Assembly: GCA_026625185.1 (NCBI GenBank)
Contig: CP113000.1
Coordinates: 3,252,651-3,284,650, forward strand
DNA from: Thermodesulfobacteriota bacterium
GTDB lineage: Bacteria > Desulfobacterota > WTBG01 > JAGOGO01
Direction: 5' to 3'
Length of the DNA: 32,000 nt
Shown here: positions 31,825 to 32,000 of the stretch, piece by piece
Position numbering within the stretch: the first letter of the stretch is position 1
Layout: each line of letters begins with the position of its first letter
Notes under the pieces: model-generated
Database searches by the model: none
What the model was told of the DNA's origin: nothing
Seen by the model: only the letters and a program-made list of their open reading frames with translations
Program-made: the position numbers and the translations under genes

Positions 31825-32000
31825 GTGAAAATCGGGAAACAAATCCGCTTAGAACGCATCATTGATCGAAATTCAGGAAAAACGGTAATAATACCCATGG
31901 ACCATGGAATCAGCATCGGTCCGGTGGAGGGACTCGTCGATTGGAAATCTACGGTCAACGCTGTAGCTGAAGGGGGAGCAAATGCGATTGTAATCCACAA
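31825..32000 (+). CDS. DhnA-type class I aldolase / ADH synthase (AroA')-like, N-terminal part (runs off the window end)
   Basis: GTG at 31825 lies 7 nt after AGGAGG. The translation [58 protein letters not shown] closely matches my memory of the archaeal MJ0400-type sequence (GK..RLERIF.R...KTVIVPMDHG.S.GP..GL.D...[11 protein letters not shown]...H). It is absent from the ORF track because it has a GTG start and no in-window stop. Confidence 0.75.
   Translation, partial: MKIGKQIRLERIIDRNSGKTVIIPMDHGISIGPVEGLVDWKSTVNAVAEGGANAIVIH

Overview
This is a 32-kb window from an AT-leaning bacterial genome with anaerobe-type metabolism. No taxon can be assigned from the sequence alone, and all product calls rest on motif recognition by eye with no database search. 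Most of the window is housekeeping. It holds a partial hemD, a fused ADP-forming acetyl-CoA synthetase, a trmJ-like gene translationally coupled to a divergent yvcK/cofD-like gene, miaB, a DUF151 nuclease, a PHP hydrolase and czcD. It also holds the conserved block tRNA-Ser / SRP RNA / dnaX / ybaB / recR, a four-subunit 2-oxoacid:ferredoxin oxidoreductase (porGDAB), tRNA-Asn and the start of a DhnA/AroA'-type aldolase. Four things stand out. (1) There are two paralogous NuoE / NuoF / short-NuoG (HoxEFU-like diaphorase) triads, and neither has a hydrogenase, formate dehydrogenase or other catalytic subunit nearby. One sits directly behind porGDAB. The other is in a minus-strand operon with a small Cys4 lysine-rich protein, an overlapping NUDIX hydrolase and a DUF763 protein. 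(2) A small accessory patch contains an IS30-family element, a candidate modification-dependent nuclease (SRA-like N-terminus fused to HNH) behind a palindrome-bearing promoter, and an exported SagB-type flavoprotein. (3) A heavily decayed D12-class (Dam-like) DNA methyltransferase lies next to tRNA-Asn. That tRNA is preceded by a decayed tandem copy whose anticodon arm is replaced by a perfect 18-bp palindrome. (4) At least six intergenic copies of a mosaic hairpin-repeat family are present, plus one separate nested-stem element. Their non-Watson-Crick pairs are G.U only on the plus strand. I saw no CRISPR array, no rRNA and no intact prophage.
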